A stretch of DNA of 64,000 nucleotides from Octopus vulgaris (GCA_951406725.2 OX597821.1:91946001-92010000), one strand, 5' to 3'; numbered from the stretch's first letter, positions 1 to 10,987 are shown. A program made the numbers and translations. The notes: generated from the letters alone by a model not told the origin.

Positions 1-5
1 TATAA

Positions 6-588
6 GGTGGCGAGCTGGCAGAAATGTTAGCACGCCTGGCGAAATGCTTAGTGGTATTTCGTCTGTCTTTACGTTCTGAGTTCAAATTCTGTCGTGGTCG
101 ACTTTGCCTTTCATCCTTTCGGGGTCGATAAATTAAGTACCAGTTACGCACTGGGGTCGATGTAATCGACTTAATACCCATGTCTGTCCTTGTTTGTCCC
201 CTCTATGTTTAGCCCCTTGTGGGTAATAAAGAAATGGGTATTTCGTCTGTCTTTACGTTCTGTGTTCAAATTCTGTCGTGGTCGATTTTGCCTTTCATCC
301 TTTCGGGGTCGATAAATCAAGTACCTGTTACGCACTGGGGTCGATATAATCGATTAATCCGTTTGTCTGTCCTTGTTTGTCCGCTCTGTGTTTAGCCCCT
401 TGTGGGTAGTAAAGAAATAGGTATGTCATCTGTCTTTACGTTCTGAGTTCAAATTCTGTCGATGTCAATTTTGCCTTTCATCCTTTCGGTCGACAAATTA
501 AGTACCAGTTGCATACTGGAGTCGATCTAATCCACTGGCCCCTCCCTAAAAATTTCAGGCCATGTGCCTAGAGTAGAAAAGATTATTT
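6..588 (+). mobile_element. Tandem trimer of tRNA-derived SINE family A (one full unit, two head-less units; last unit has a different tail)
   Basis: Head GGTGGCGAGCTGGCAGAAA (A-box-like) and GAGTTCAAATTC (B-box-like); body GTCGACTTTGCCTTTCATCCTTTCGGGGTCGATAAATTAAGTACCAG repeated 3x; units restart at GGTAT (~237, ~420). Confidence 0.85.
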
Positions 589-1333
589 TAGAGACTTTTA
601 CGTTAATTAGCTAAATAACCGATGGAGGGTATTTGAGAGAAAAACCTTAAAATTCCTTTTAACATCGTATCTGCAGTACCAACACATCTCTGGTGTTGCG
701 TTTTTATTTGAACTTTTCTCGTTCTAAGCAGCTATTTTTGTTCATATCTTGATGGATTGTCTTCTCCGAAGTTCTTCATGGTATTCTTTTCTGGGGGTTC
801 TCCATTCAAGTTATTTCATCGTATTTACCTTCCTTAGACGTCGCAGTTAATCAGTTCAACATCCATGACTTCTTCGAGTATTTGTTAGATTTCTCTTTGA
901 TACGTAGACAACAACAAGGTTGTCATGGCAGAAGCTTTTATTTTGTTTTCTTTTTTTTTATTATTATCATACAAATCACTGATGTGCTAAGTTTAACAAC
1001 GACGTTTGACGTTCTCCAGCTTCATGTAATTTGTTTTTTTCCTCGGATCCTTTGTCCAGCTTTCAACATTTAGAAACCAGAGGCCGTTTTTTTTTGCTTA
1101 TGATTGGTAAAAATAAATGTATTAATACTACTCTCTCTTTTACTTGTTTCAGTCATTTGACTGCGGCCATGCTGGAGCACCGCCTTTAATCGAGCAACTC
1201 GACCCCGGGACTTATTCTTTTGCAAGCCCAGTACTTATTCTATCGGTCTCTTTTGCCGAACCGCTAAGTGACGGGGACATAAACGCACCAGCATCGGTTG
1301 TCAAGCAATGCTAGAGGGACAAACACAAACACG

Positions 1334-1396
<63 letters not shown>

Positions 1397-1400
<4 letters not shown>

Positions 1401-1666
1401 ATAATAAATATTAGGGAATAAATCCAAATTTACAGGGAAAAATCAGATTTAGGATTGAATCCAATTTTATAGTAAAATATTATATAATATTAATTAGAGA
1501 CAAAACCACTATTATGCAAATCAAACAAAGAAAGACTTAATCCAATACATAAAAAATTTTATATAAATTAAATAAAATTAAATTAGCCACTACAATTGTT
1601 TCGTGTCTCTTCTAAGGACATTCATCAGGTGGTATTCAGATCTTCTATTCAATTCTAAGTCTCTAA

Positions 1667-1679
<13 letters not shown>
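1397..1679 (-). mobile_element. AT-rich hammerhead-bearing insert (probable PLE pseudo-LTR fragment) within (TA)n
   Basis: Flanked on both sides by (TA)n; contains a hammerhead motif and a perfect 21-bp inverted repeat (1481-1501 / 1659-1679). Confidence 0.65.
1587..1632 (-). ncRNA. Minimal type-I hammerhead ribozyme motif
   Basis: Minus strand: CCAC-CUGAUGA-AUGUC-cuuagaaga-GACAC-GAAA-CAAUUG-UA-GUGG. Stem I CCAC/GUGG, canonical core, palindromic stem III, GUA cleavage triplet; A.C mismatch at the base of stem II. Confidence 0.75.
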
Positions 1680-1743
<64 letters not shown>

Positions 1744-2606
1744 CATATATATACGACGGGCTTCTTTTCAGTTTCCGTCTACCAAATCTACTCACAAGGC
1801 TTTGGTAAGAGTATTTATGAATGTGACTCACAGTTCTTGACGTTCCTTCATTATTCTTATTTTCGGAAGAAAGTCATTTTGCTTTCTCTTTTACTTTCAC
1901 TTCCATGCGGCAGGAATTAATAAGACAAGAAAAGTATTCCAGTTTCGTCTTGTCGATTTTATCTTTTTACAGTTCTACAAATTTTTGGCAACTACAAATA
2001 TTTTATCTGTTTTACATCCGTGTGACGCTTTTTCTCGGCACCTTTTTCTGTCATTCTCTCTCTTCTTTTTTTTTCTTTTCTCATTCTTTACATGTGCCGT
2101 CTTCCTATTCTATAATTTGTTGCTTTAAGACTTCAGTTTTGTTCCATGATGAATGTTGTTTAAATGTGAAGTGAGAACAATAGTTGTAGTTGCAGAAAAT
2201 TTGTCGAAGCATAAAAGTAAGGAAGATAAAAAAGACTACTAACAGGAATGCTTTCCTTCTTGCCTAGCTGACTGTTGTCTCACGAAAGTGAAAATGAATG
2301 TCTTTTTTTCTAGAATTTGAAATTATGAAGGAATCTAAGACACTTATTCACACCCATGAATATTCTCACATACAATCAAATCGTTAGCATTTTTTTTATC
2401 ACACCCCGAATGGAAAATGGTCTGCAACTCTAAGTGCTGAAAGTTCACCTAAGGAACCGAGATAAAACATTACACTGCATTCAAAATTGCTGGTGAATGT
2501 CAGGCCTATGAGAGTAAATCTTGGCACGTCAATGATTAGAAGCATCATGAAAAATGAAGGCAAAATATAAGTTTCTACTCTGTAACTCCACTGTGTAACT
2601 CGCTTT

Positions 2607-2834
2607 AACTCTTTTACTCTTTCACTTGTTTCAGTCATTTGACTGAGGTCATGCTGGAGCACCGCCTTTAGTCAAATAAATCGAACCCAGGACTTATTCT
2701 TTGTAAGCTTAGTACTTATTATATCGGTCTCTTTTGCCGAACCGCTAAGTTACGGGGACGTAAACACACGAGCATCGGTTGTCAAGCGATGTTGGTGGGG
2801 AGGGACAAACACAGACACACAAACATATACACAT

Positions 2835-2879
<45 letters not shown>

Positions 2880-3046
2880 TACAACGGGCTTCTTTCAGTT
2901 TCCGTCAACCAAATCCAGTCACAAGGCGTTGGTCAGCCCGAGGCTATAGTAGAAGACACTTGCCCAAGGTACCACGCAATGGGACTGAACCCAGAACCAT
3001 GTGGCTGGTAAGCAAGCTACTTACCATACAGCCACTCCTACGCCTA
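2607..3046 (-). mobile_element. Full-length SINE family B (tRNA head, CORE-like segment, internal microsatellite, AGTAAAAG tail)
   Basis: Head GGCGTAGGAGTGGCTG..TGG / GGGTTCAGTCCC; CCTTGGGCAAGT CORE-like motif; 17-bp flanking duplication TAAGTTTCTACTCTGTA at 2568-2584 and 3054-3070. Confidence 0.9.
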
Positions 3047-3159
3047 TGCTCTGTAAGTTTCTACTCTGTATACAGCAAAAATGATTTTTTCAAAGAGTAA
3101 ATATTTGGAAAACAACGATATCACTAATTACTATAATCATAATAATTCTATAATAATTT

Positions 3160-3367
3160 TTCCTATAGGCGCAAGGTCTGAAACACTGTGGAAGAGGTCA
3201 CACGATTACATCGACTCCAGCGCTCAACTGGTACTTAGTTTATCGAACCTGAAAGGATGAATAGCAAAGTCGACTTGGAAAGCATTTGAATTCAGAACAT
3301 AAAGCCGGAATAAATGCCGCTAAGACTTTTGTCCGGTGCACTAGCAATTCTGCCAACTCGCCACCTT
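3160..3367 (-). mobile_element. Older SINE family A copy (tail type 2)
   Basis: Reverse complement GGTGGCGAGTTGGCAGAATT...GTCGACTTTGCTATTCATCCTTTCAGGTTCGATAAACTAAGTACCAG. Confidence 0.75.
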
Positions 3368-3394
3368 TGGAAGTTAGAAATTAGAATTCGTTTA

Positions 3395-3671
3395 TATTGA
3401 ACCTGTTGCCAGGCGACGACTATTGACTGGTGCAGTCCCACTATCTCTTTATACGGGTTGTCTTGCCTGCTGCGTTTCCACTCTAGGTTGAATTGAACTT
3501 CTTTAGACCTTTTGATCCTAATGGGCTCCCTCGTCAGCACCATACTGATGCCGGGTCTAGCGTGGACGCCGATCACAATAGAAGACTAATTTTTTGGACT
3601 CCCATTCTCAAATTGGCTTGCTAACCAAACCTCCGATTAACTGGATTACAGGAGCACGTTACAATTCCTAG

Positions 3672-3672
<1 letters not shown>
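3395..3672 (-). pseudogene. 7SL (SRP RNA) degenerate copy / pseudogene
   Basis: Minus strand is colinear with metazoan 7SL landmarks: CCTGTAATCCAG..TCGGAGG (Alu domain), GATCGGCGTCC, CGGCATCAGTATGGTG, GGAGC, helix-8 GGAAACGCAGCAGG, CCCGT, TAGTGGGA..GC.CC.GT.AATAG, GCCTGGCAACA. Has substitutions, a short 3' deletion and no T4 terminator. Confidence 0.75.
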
Positions 3673-3742
<70 letters not shown>

Positions 3743-3744
<2 letters not shown>

Positions 3745-4298
3745 GCCCTGATGCAGTACCAGGCAGTGGCTCTCATGGCTTCTGATCTTAACTGATTGGA
3801 AATGTTATCATGTACATTGTTTTGTTTTGGTATTAAAGATGGGCTACAGCAAATATTCTGCTCAATACCACAGATTTGCTTGTCAGTTGTTTGACCTTAA
3901 CCAGTTGAGCATGTCCCTTAGTGGCTGACGATATGTGCATCTCTGATCACGAGCAGAAGTAGCGGGGGAGCATCATAGCCATGTGTTGAGAAGGATTCTT
4001 TGGGGTTTGAATAATTCACCTCTAGAAACATGGGTCGTTCGTTCAACGTCCTTAAACACCCCATATTCAGGGACCTTTTGAGCGGGATGGGTTACTCGAT
4101 CTGAAGAAAATTCTAACTGGGCTCCACCTGGAAGGTCATGTGCTGTTTATCTTGATATGAGATCACCGTGTCGCGCACATATGGTTGTGATGCATGTGCC
4201 TGGTGTACCCTTATCAGACGGGTAGTCATGATGGGTATACTGGGCTTCGTATATTTTACCCCAGTGTCACTTTGATAGCATGCTCTGCTCGCTCACTC
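3743..4298 (+). mobile_element. Unclassified 556-bp (AAT)n-embedded repeat (family F), unit 1 of dimer
   Basis: Starts AAATGCCCTGATGCAG, ends CTCACTC(AAT)n; similar to 4331-4886, 56565-57120 and 57144-57687. Strand inferred from a G.U-rich hairpin. Confidence 0.8.
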
Positions 4299-4330
<32 letters not shown>

Positions 4331-4332
<2 letters not shown>

Positions 4333-4886
4333 GCCCTGATGCAGTACCAGGCAGTGGCTCTCATGGCTTCTGATCTTAACTGATTGCAAGTGTTATCATG
4401 TACATTGTTTTGTCTTGGTATAAAAGATGGGCTACAGCAAATATTCTGTTCAATACCACAGATTTGCTTGTCAGTTGTTTGATCTTAACCAGTTGACCAT
4501 GTCCATTAGTGGCTGATGATATGTGCATCTCTGAACACGAGCAGAAGTAGTGGGGGAGCATCATAGTCGTGTGTTGAAAGGAATTCTTAGAGGTTTGGAT
4601 AATTCACCTTTGGAAACATGGGTCGTTCGTTCAACATCCTTAAACAATCATTATTCAAGGACATTTTGAGCGGGAGGGACTACTCGACCAGAAGAAAATT
4701 CTAACTGGTCCCCACTTACAATGTCATGTGCTGTTTATCTTGATATGAGATCACCGTGTCGCGCACATACGGTTGTGATGCATGTGCCTGGTGTACCCTT
4801 ATCAGACGGGTTGTCATGATGGGTATACTGGGCTTCGTATATTTTACCCCAGTGTCACTTTGATGGCATGCACTGCTCTCTTACTC
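4331..4886 (+). mobile_element. Family F, unit 2 of dimer
   Basis: Same ends and length as unit 1, separated from it by an (AAT)n spacer. Confidence 0.8.
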
Positions 4887-4910
4887 AATAATAATAATAA
4901 TAATATTGAA

Positions 4911-4987
<77 letters not shown>

Positions 4988-5250
4988 GGGAACCGAAAAT
5001 TATATGAGAATGATTCCTGGCTTACCATCCCTGCAAGAAGTGTAAAAGTTTGTCTTCACTGGTACATCACACGTATTGAGGAGAGCATTGTCGATGTGAG
5101 AACTATTACTACCCATGTATTTTAATTTAACTTTATTTCTATAAAAAAAAAATGTGGCCTACCAATGTATACTATGAGTTTCTTTGCCCTAGGAGTCGGG
5201 AAGACACTCGGCAAGAAATGGAAGCAAATTTGAAAGAATAAGAAAAACCC
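4988..5250 (+). mobile_element. 5'-truncated R4/Dong-like (RLE) non-LTR retrotransposon 3' end
   Basis: GTENYMRMIPGLPSLQEV*KFVFTGTSHVLRRALSM* matches the IPG..E.QK..L.GT.H.LR C-terminus; (AAT)n on both sides. Confidence 0.65.
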
Positions 5251-5722
5251 ATAAATAATAATAATAATAATTCACTGCAAAACCGGTTGGCTTCATAGAT
5301 TCAAACGTTCAAATAATATCTATATATGGAGTTGCAAACACAGATATTCAGGCAGCCAAGCAGTATCCAAAGAATCTTAAGAGTATTTTTGATTTTGGCA
5401 AATAAATTTTCAGTAAAATAATATTTTTCATTACTTTTATGGCCTGAGAAGTCAAAATGGCTTCTGGGGGTCAAGGCGAGGAAAAGACTCTTCCACATTG
5501 TTACGTCGTAATTATACTTTAAAAAAGCCCCAAGCCGACAAGATGAAGCCAATGCTTATTTGTTATTGTGAAACACTGCGGCCAGTGACGGAATATCAAA
5601 ACTGCATCTATTTGTGATCTTAAAATCAATCAAGGTCAGAGTAATAATTATTTTGTGATTTAGGGGAGATTTTTTAAAAATAAAAGGGAATTCGCGGCGG
5701 TGTTCAGTAAACAAATTAAATA

Positions 5723-6113
5723 TAGGCGCAGGAGTGGCTGTGTGGTAAGTAGCTTGCTTACCAACCACATGGTTCCGGGTTCAGTCCCACTGCGTGGCAT
5801 CTTGGGCAAGTGTCTTCTGCTATAGCCCCGGGCCGACCAATGCCTTGTGAGTGGATTTGGTAGACGGAAACTGAAAGAAGCCTGTCGTATATATATATAT
5901 TTGTGTGTGTGTTTGTGTGTCTGTGTTTGTCGCCCTAGCATTGATTGACAACCGATGCTGGAGTGTTTACGTTCCCGTCACTTAGCGGTTCGGCAAAAGA
6001 GACCGATAGAATAAGTACTGGGCTTACAAAGAATAAGTCCCGGGGTCGATTTGCTCGACTAAAGGCGGTGCTCCAGCATGGCTGCAGTCAAATGACTGAA
6101 ACAAGTAAAAGAG
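5723..6113 (+). mobile_element. SINE family B, full length
   Basis: AGGCGCAGGAGTGGCTGTGTGG ... CAAGTAAAAGAGT. Confidence 0.9.
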
Positions 6114-7198
6114 TATACTACTTAGCAGTGGCTAAAACGCGAACTGATCAATTTTATGTATAAATTTTCTTTTTACACAATATTGAAACAACGGTTAAGA
6201 ATTATCTGAAGCAGCACCCCAACTAATTTTACCTACGAGCCGCCACCTTGTGAGTACTGTAGTATCTCAGAGACTTCTGAGCATATTTTGCTACTGCGAG
6301 TTACTTCGTGAGAGAAGACTCATATTACGCAATGTTTGGACTGTGCAACAGCAAGTTTCTATATTTTTCAGTCATTTGATTATCATTATCATCTTTACTT
6401 GTGTATATATCACTGTTAAATTTGCCTGCTAAGATCGTATCTCTATTTTTATTTTGTCATAATGATCATGCTTAATGCTGCGTTTTTAAAGAACGAATAT
6501 AGAATGCTAGCTGAGGTATTACTATTCTACGATTGATCTAATTACTAACTCCTCACATCACTCTTCTCCTCGCGTTTCAGTTAGAAACGATGACCCAATG
6601 GTACCGACTAACACACTTCCCTCAAAATAGCTATCTTTATACCTAATCAAAAACAGTAATTATTATGGTTGTTTTGTTATTCTTGTTATTATTGTTGTAA
6701 ATCGGAATAACAAGACATGTTAAGGCTCTTGCTTGGATTTGCAATTTACCAAGTTTTTATGACAATTGGATGTCTTTTTCTCCGTCATATTGTAGACCTG
6801 CTACATAAAATGGTATTCCTGTAATTTTGTCCCTGCCTTGGAGTGGGAACAGGAACAAAAAATATTTCTTTATAAATTTTTCTCGTACACATTAACGAAA
6901 ATAGCCACGAGACATAGAGACATAGAAACAGTATTCTTAAAAAAAAAAACTGAAGCTGAAGACAACTAGAAAGAAAATAGAAAATAAACAGAAAAAACGA
7001 AATCATAAAAAAAATTTTACAGTAAGATAATACATACGAACTCACCAACACACACACACACGCACACACACACAGTTATAAATTAATAACATTTCAACGG
7101 ACAATGACACTGTCATAAACAATGCAAGCAATAAGTTTAAAAACATCAACAATAATAGACATACATACATTTTGCAAAGCTAAAATATAAAATGACTT

Positions 7199-7311
7199 TC
7201 ATAGAAGCACAGTTTTTGGCAACAGATTTCTGGATATAGATCGGATCCAATCAGCGGCGGTGTGAGAGCAGTGTGTCACAAAAGAATTTATCATCTTGCT
7301 TGAGAAATTTG
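7199..7311 (-). CDS. Candidate terminal coding exon of an unidentified host gene
   Basis: Pyrimidine tract TTTTTTTTCTTTCTTGCTTGTTCTTAAG, then phase-1 frame NFSSKMINSFVTHCSHTAADWIRSISRNLLPKTVLL*, then a U-rich UTR-like stretch. No homolog recognised. Confidence 0.25.
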
Positions 7312-7634
7312 CTTAAGAACAAGCAAGAAAGAAAAAAAAACAAATTTACCCTTCAAAGAGCATTTAGTCTGCCTTCAAAATAGCAACTAAAGAAAGCCCT
7401 GTCCGTTATAAAGTACTCTATTTATGTGAGATGAGTCTCGTAGTGTAGTTTTCTGCATGTAGGGTATATCAGAAATCCTGGGGTTTTGGTCATGTATTCT
7501 GTTGCATATTTTAAATAATTTCTAAGGGGTTGTTTCCGATTGAGCTCTCACAGTACAGCTCTAGATACTTCCAGATTTATATGCAAGGTGAATTCCTGCA
7601 TTTCTTTTCCTGATCTATTATTGTCTATTGACGT

Positions 7635-8023
7635 GGAGGCGCAATGGCCCAGTGGTTAGGGCAGCGGACTCGCGGTCGTAGGATCGCGGTTTCGATTCCC
7701 AGACCGGGCGTTATGAGTGTTTATTGAGCTAAAACGCCTAAAAGCTCCACGAGGCTCCGGCAGGGGATGGTGGTGATCCCTGCTGTACTCTTTCACCACA
7801 ACTTTCTCTCACTCTTACTTCCTGTTTCTGTTGTACCTGTATTTCAAAGGGCCGGCCTTGTCACTCTCTGTGTCACGCTGAATATCCCCGAGAACTACGT
7901 TAAGGGTACACGTGTCTGTGGAGTGCTCAGCCATTTACACGTTAATTTCACGAGCAGGCTGTTCCGTTGATCGGATCAACCGGAACCCTCGTCGTCGTAA
8001 CCGACGGAGTGCTTCTATCCACC
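7635..8023 (+). mobile_element. SINE family C (tRNA-Arg-like head)
   Basis: GGAGGCGCAATGGCCCAGTGGTTAGGGCAGCGGACTCGCGG (TCG anticodon-like) and GGTTTCGATTCCC; imperfect TSD ATT(G/A)TCTATTGA at 7620-7631 / 8024-8035. Confidence 0.85.
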
Positions 8024-8159
8024 ATTATCTATTGAGACTGATGCATCAGTAGATTGACACTTCCTTTCCATGTCATTTTTTAAATAAAATATATAGACTT
8101 GTGATTAGGCTGTTGCACTAACGATCATGATATCGTGGTTTCAGTTTCTAGATCAAGTG

Positions 8160-8428
8160 GTGTAGAGGCACATGGTCTAGTGGTTAGAGCAACGGACTCG
8201 TGGACGATGTGTGTGTTTATGAGCGAAACACCTAAGCTCCACGCGGCTCCGGCAGAAGGTAATGGCGACACTTCTGCTGACTCTTTCGCCACAACTTTCT
8301 CTCACTCTTTCTTCCTGCATCTTGCAGCTCACCTGCGATGGACCGGCATCCCGTCCAGGTGGGGAACCTATACGCCAAGAAACCGGGAAACCGGCCCTAA
8401 TGAGCCAGACATGGCTTGAGAAGGAACA
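8160..8428 (+). mobile_element. SINE related to family C: same head/body, different 3' tail
   Basis: Shares GAGCGAAACACCTAAGCTCCACG.GGCTCCGGCAG..CACAACTTTCTCTCACTC with C, then CCTGCGATGGACCGGCATCCCGTCCAGG...GAAACCGG...ATGAGCC. Confidence 0.7.
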
Positions 8429-8439
8429 AACAACAAGAT

Positions 8440-8670
8440 CATGTGGTGCTTTGTGTTCTTGAGCAAAACACTTCATCTCACATTGCTCAGCGATCACTTC
8501 GACTCCATGACGCGTGGTGCACCGTGAACCTGTTCAGACAACGTCGATTTGATAGAAGGATTGCGCTAATGTGCAGCACATACATTTGTTCTCTATAAAC
8601 AAATCATTTGTGCAGGTCATTCGAAAAAAACTGAATACTCATTCGTTGTCTTCTATGGGATATTTCATCA
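8440..8670 (+). mobile_element. Old CORE-type SINE fragment
   Basis: GTGTTCTTGAGCAAAACACTTCATCTCACATTGCTC resembles the CORE motif; a related decayed copy lies near 59100-59300 (-). Confidence 0.45.
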
Positions 8671-10299
8671 TTATTATTTGAAGTTGTAGCATTAGTATCA
8701 TTGCTTTATTCTGTTACTTGTTTCGCTTGTACTAGAGCACTCCGTTGTAGAATCGGTCAATCAAATCGACCACAGTGCTTATTTTATGGTACTTATTACA
8801 TTGGTTTCATTTGCATGAACAGCAGCGAGTTATACTTATTTGCTACTCTATAGTGCATTTAAACTATCGTTGTCATAGACCACTGTCATAATAGGGACAA
8901 TGGCTCTAGATCAAAACTCTTATGATCCAGCTCTCACTGTGTGTCTCATGGTGGATGTAGCAGTAGTAATATCTACTACTAGCTGCATTTGAAGGAATGA
9001 GAGAATTAGTTGTGGCAATCATTTATTTTTAACCCTGTTTCTAGAGCTGGAACTATGTATTAGGAAATTTTGACAATTACCTTGATTGCTAAAATCTATT
9101 TCTGACTCAGATTTTGACACAATATCTTAATTTAACTAAAAGCACAAAAAATAGTTATAAAGAGAGTAGATAAGCTCACTCTTAGAAGAGGGGAAAGTGG
9201 AGAATAAATGTAGAACAGAGACAGGAAGACAAAGTGGTTGTTACGGTGTTGTAACATGTCACAAGATTTGGCATAAAATATTTCCAAATTTTGCCAGATA
9301 ACAGATTTACCCTTTGATATGCAAGCACACAAAACTATAAATTTTTGTATGCCAGTAAATTATAACTCGTTGTATTTCTTAGTTGGTGTTAAGAAGGTGA
9401 CGGCTGGAGAAAGTTATAGAAAATATGAAAAGAAATATGAATTGTGGAGCTAGAAATAGAGATGTCCATTTTAGAGCTGGTATTGGTTTTGTCATTTTAC
9501 ATCAATAAAGACTAGGTTATCAGGTTTTCTTGTATCCCATTCTTGACAATAATGTACATATTTTCATCTCTAGTTCTTCCATTTACTTGTAGGTGGACAG
9601 TGTACGAGTGTACAGTTAAAACAGTTTCTTTTTTATGTGTCAGTGACGAAAGAGCATTACGGGTGATAGGTGCTGACCATTTCGACTGATAGAGTCGTAA
9701 TAAAAATAGTTATTGTAATCTTTGTCATTATCAACATAATGTTTCTTTTTATCCAGTTTAATCGTCTTTCTTATCACTGTCATCATAATTCGTCGCACAC
9801 TTTGGCTTAGTATTAACTCACTCTACTCAGCAGTGATTGGTTTTCATCAGGAATTGTTAGATTTATGTAGACATGATGTGATGTACCTGTCAAGTAGCAA
9901 AGCTGTAACGCTAATCCTTCACTGCCAAACTAACCAAGCTTAATCCCTCGCCACTTAGATGTCTTATACTTTTACACTGTTCTGACATATCACAGAGAAG
10001 GAAACAAATTACATAGAATGAAAAAGAAATTACATACGAAGAAATATATTTTAGCAATACCTCACATATTAAAGAAATATATATTCAAGTCACTCTGCAA
10101 AATATTATGCCCAATTGACGCTGTACTTATACGATCACCCCCCACCCGTCCAATGGACGGTGCTGAGTTGTCAAATATTTAAACGAAATTTTCTCAAAAC
10201 AACATGTCCGACTGTCCCATAGGCCTCCCCTTTGAGAAACACTGATTTAACCTAAATTTGAGACACCAGCAAAAGAAGAAATAAAGATTGACTGTTTTC

Positions 10300-10503
10300 T
10301 ATTCCAAAGAAAAACGATTTTATTCACTTTATCGATCGCATTCTCAACTGGAATCATCGATTTTTGTAAGTTTTTCAAGACTTATACACGCCCTGATACC
10401 GTCGGTACCTACATATCAAATTTGAGCGCAATCGGATGGAGGATGCCCGAGATCCTAGAAGATGCACACTCACATACAGACAGAACGAATTTTATATAAT
10501 AGA
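10300..10503 (-). mobile_element. Non-autonomous Helitron-like element, 5' terminal part
   Basis: Minus strand begins A|TCTATTATATAAAA; adjacent CAGACAGA simple repeat and AAATTTGAGCGCAATCGGATG are typical of Lep1/HINE-type elements. Left boundary uncertain. Confidence 0.45.
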
Positions 10504-10554
10504 TCTACTGCAAGATCTAAAAGGAGTACTCTTTGTTACTGAGATGAGCTCGTG

Positions 10555-10606
<52 letters not shown>

Positions 10607-10759
10607 TAAATATTGGTTTCAAATTTCGACGTAAAGCCAACAATTTCGGAGGAGAGGTAAGTCCATTATATCAATCCCAATGTTCAAATGATACCTATTT
10701 TATCGATGAAAGGCGAAGTCGAACATAGAACGCAACGTCTTTTGTCTCCTTATATATAA

Positions 10760-10987
10760 TTAAATATTAGAAACCTTAGCTGAGAGAAATAAAAAAGTAC
10801 AAATTTTCCTTCTATTTTGCCATGTATTAGAAAAAGTGGGAGCTCTTCTGACGAGCTGTTTCGCAGCTGGCTGGCTGCACCTCAGAAAAAGTACTCAGTT
10901 TTTTTTCTCCAATGAATAGTAGAGAATACTCAGCTGCCATATAAATCAGTCGTTAATTAGGCTATCACCATAGTGTATAGCTGCAAA
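10760..10987 (-). mobile_element. Hammerhead-bearing insert (probable PLE pseudo-LTR fragment) between short (TA)n tracts
   Basis: TATATATA at 10751-10758 and ATATATATATAT from ~10987; hammerhead motif inside. Confidence 0.55.
10840..10896 (-). ncRNA. Minimal type-I hammerhead ribozyme motif (A9U core variant)
   Basis: Minus strand: UUUUU-CUGAGGU-GCAGC-cagcca-GCUGC-GAAA-C-agcuc-GUC-AGAAG. Perfect 5-bp stem II, GUC triplet, stem I with G.U pairs. Confidence 0.65.

Larger units (their letters stand above)
1127..1806 (-). mobile_element. SINE family B, head lost, split by an insertion in its internal (TA)n
   Basis: Matches the other B copies (GGTGCTCCAGCATGGCCGCAGTCAAATGACTGAAACAAGTAAAAG tail); 1397-1679 is foreign sequence. 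Confidence 0.85.

Noticed and set aside
2789-3100. Recurring 'RASFSFRLPNPLTR..GTEPGTMW' and 'MTTDAGVFTSPSLSG' ORFs
   Set aside because: Incidental frames in SINE B; starts and stops vary among copies.
7635-7710. tRNA gene (Arg-like)
   Set aside because: It is the head of SINE C, continuous with the SINE body and TSD; the same applies to the A and B heads.
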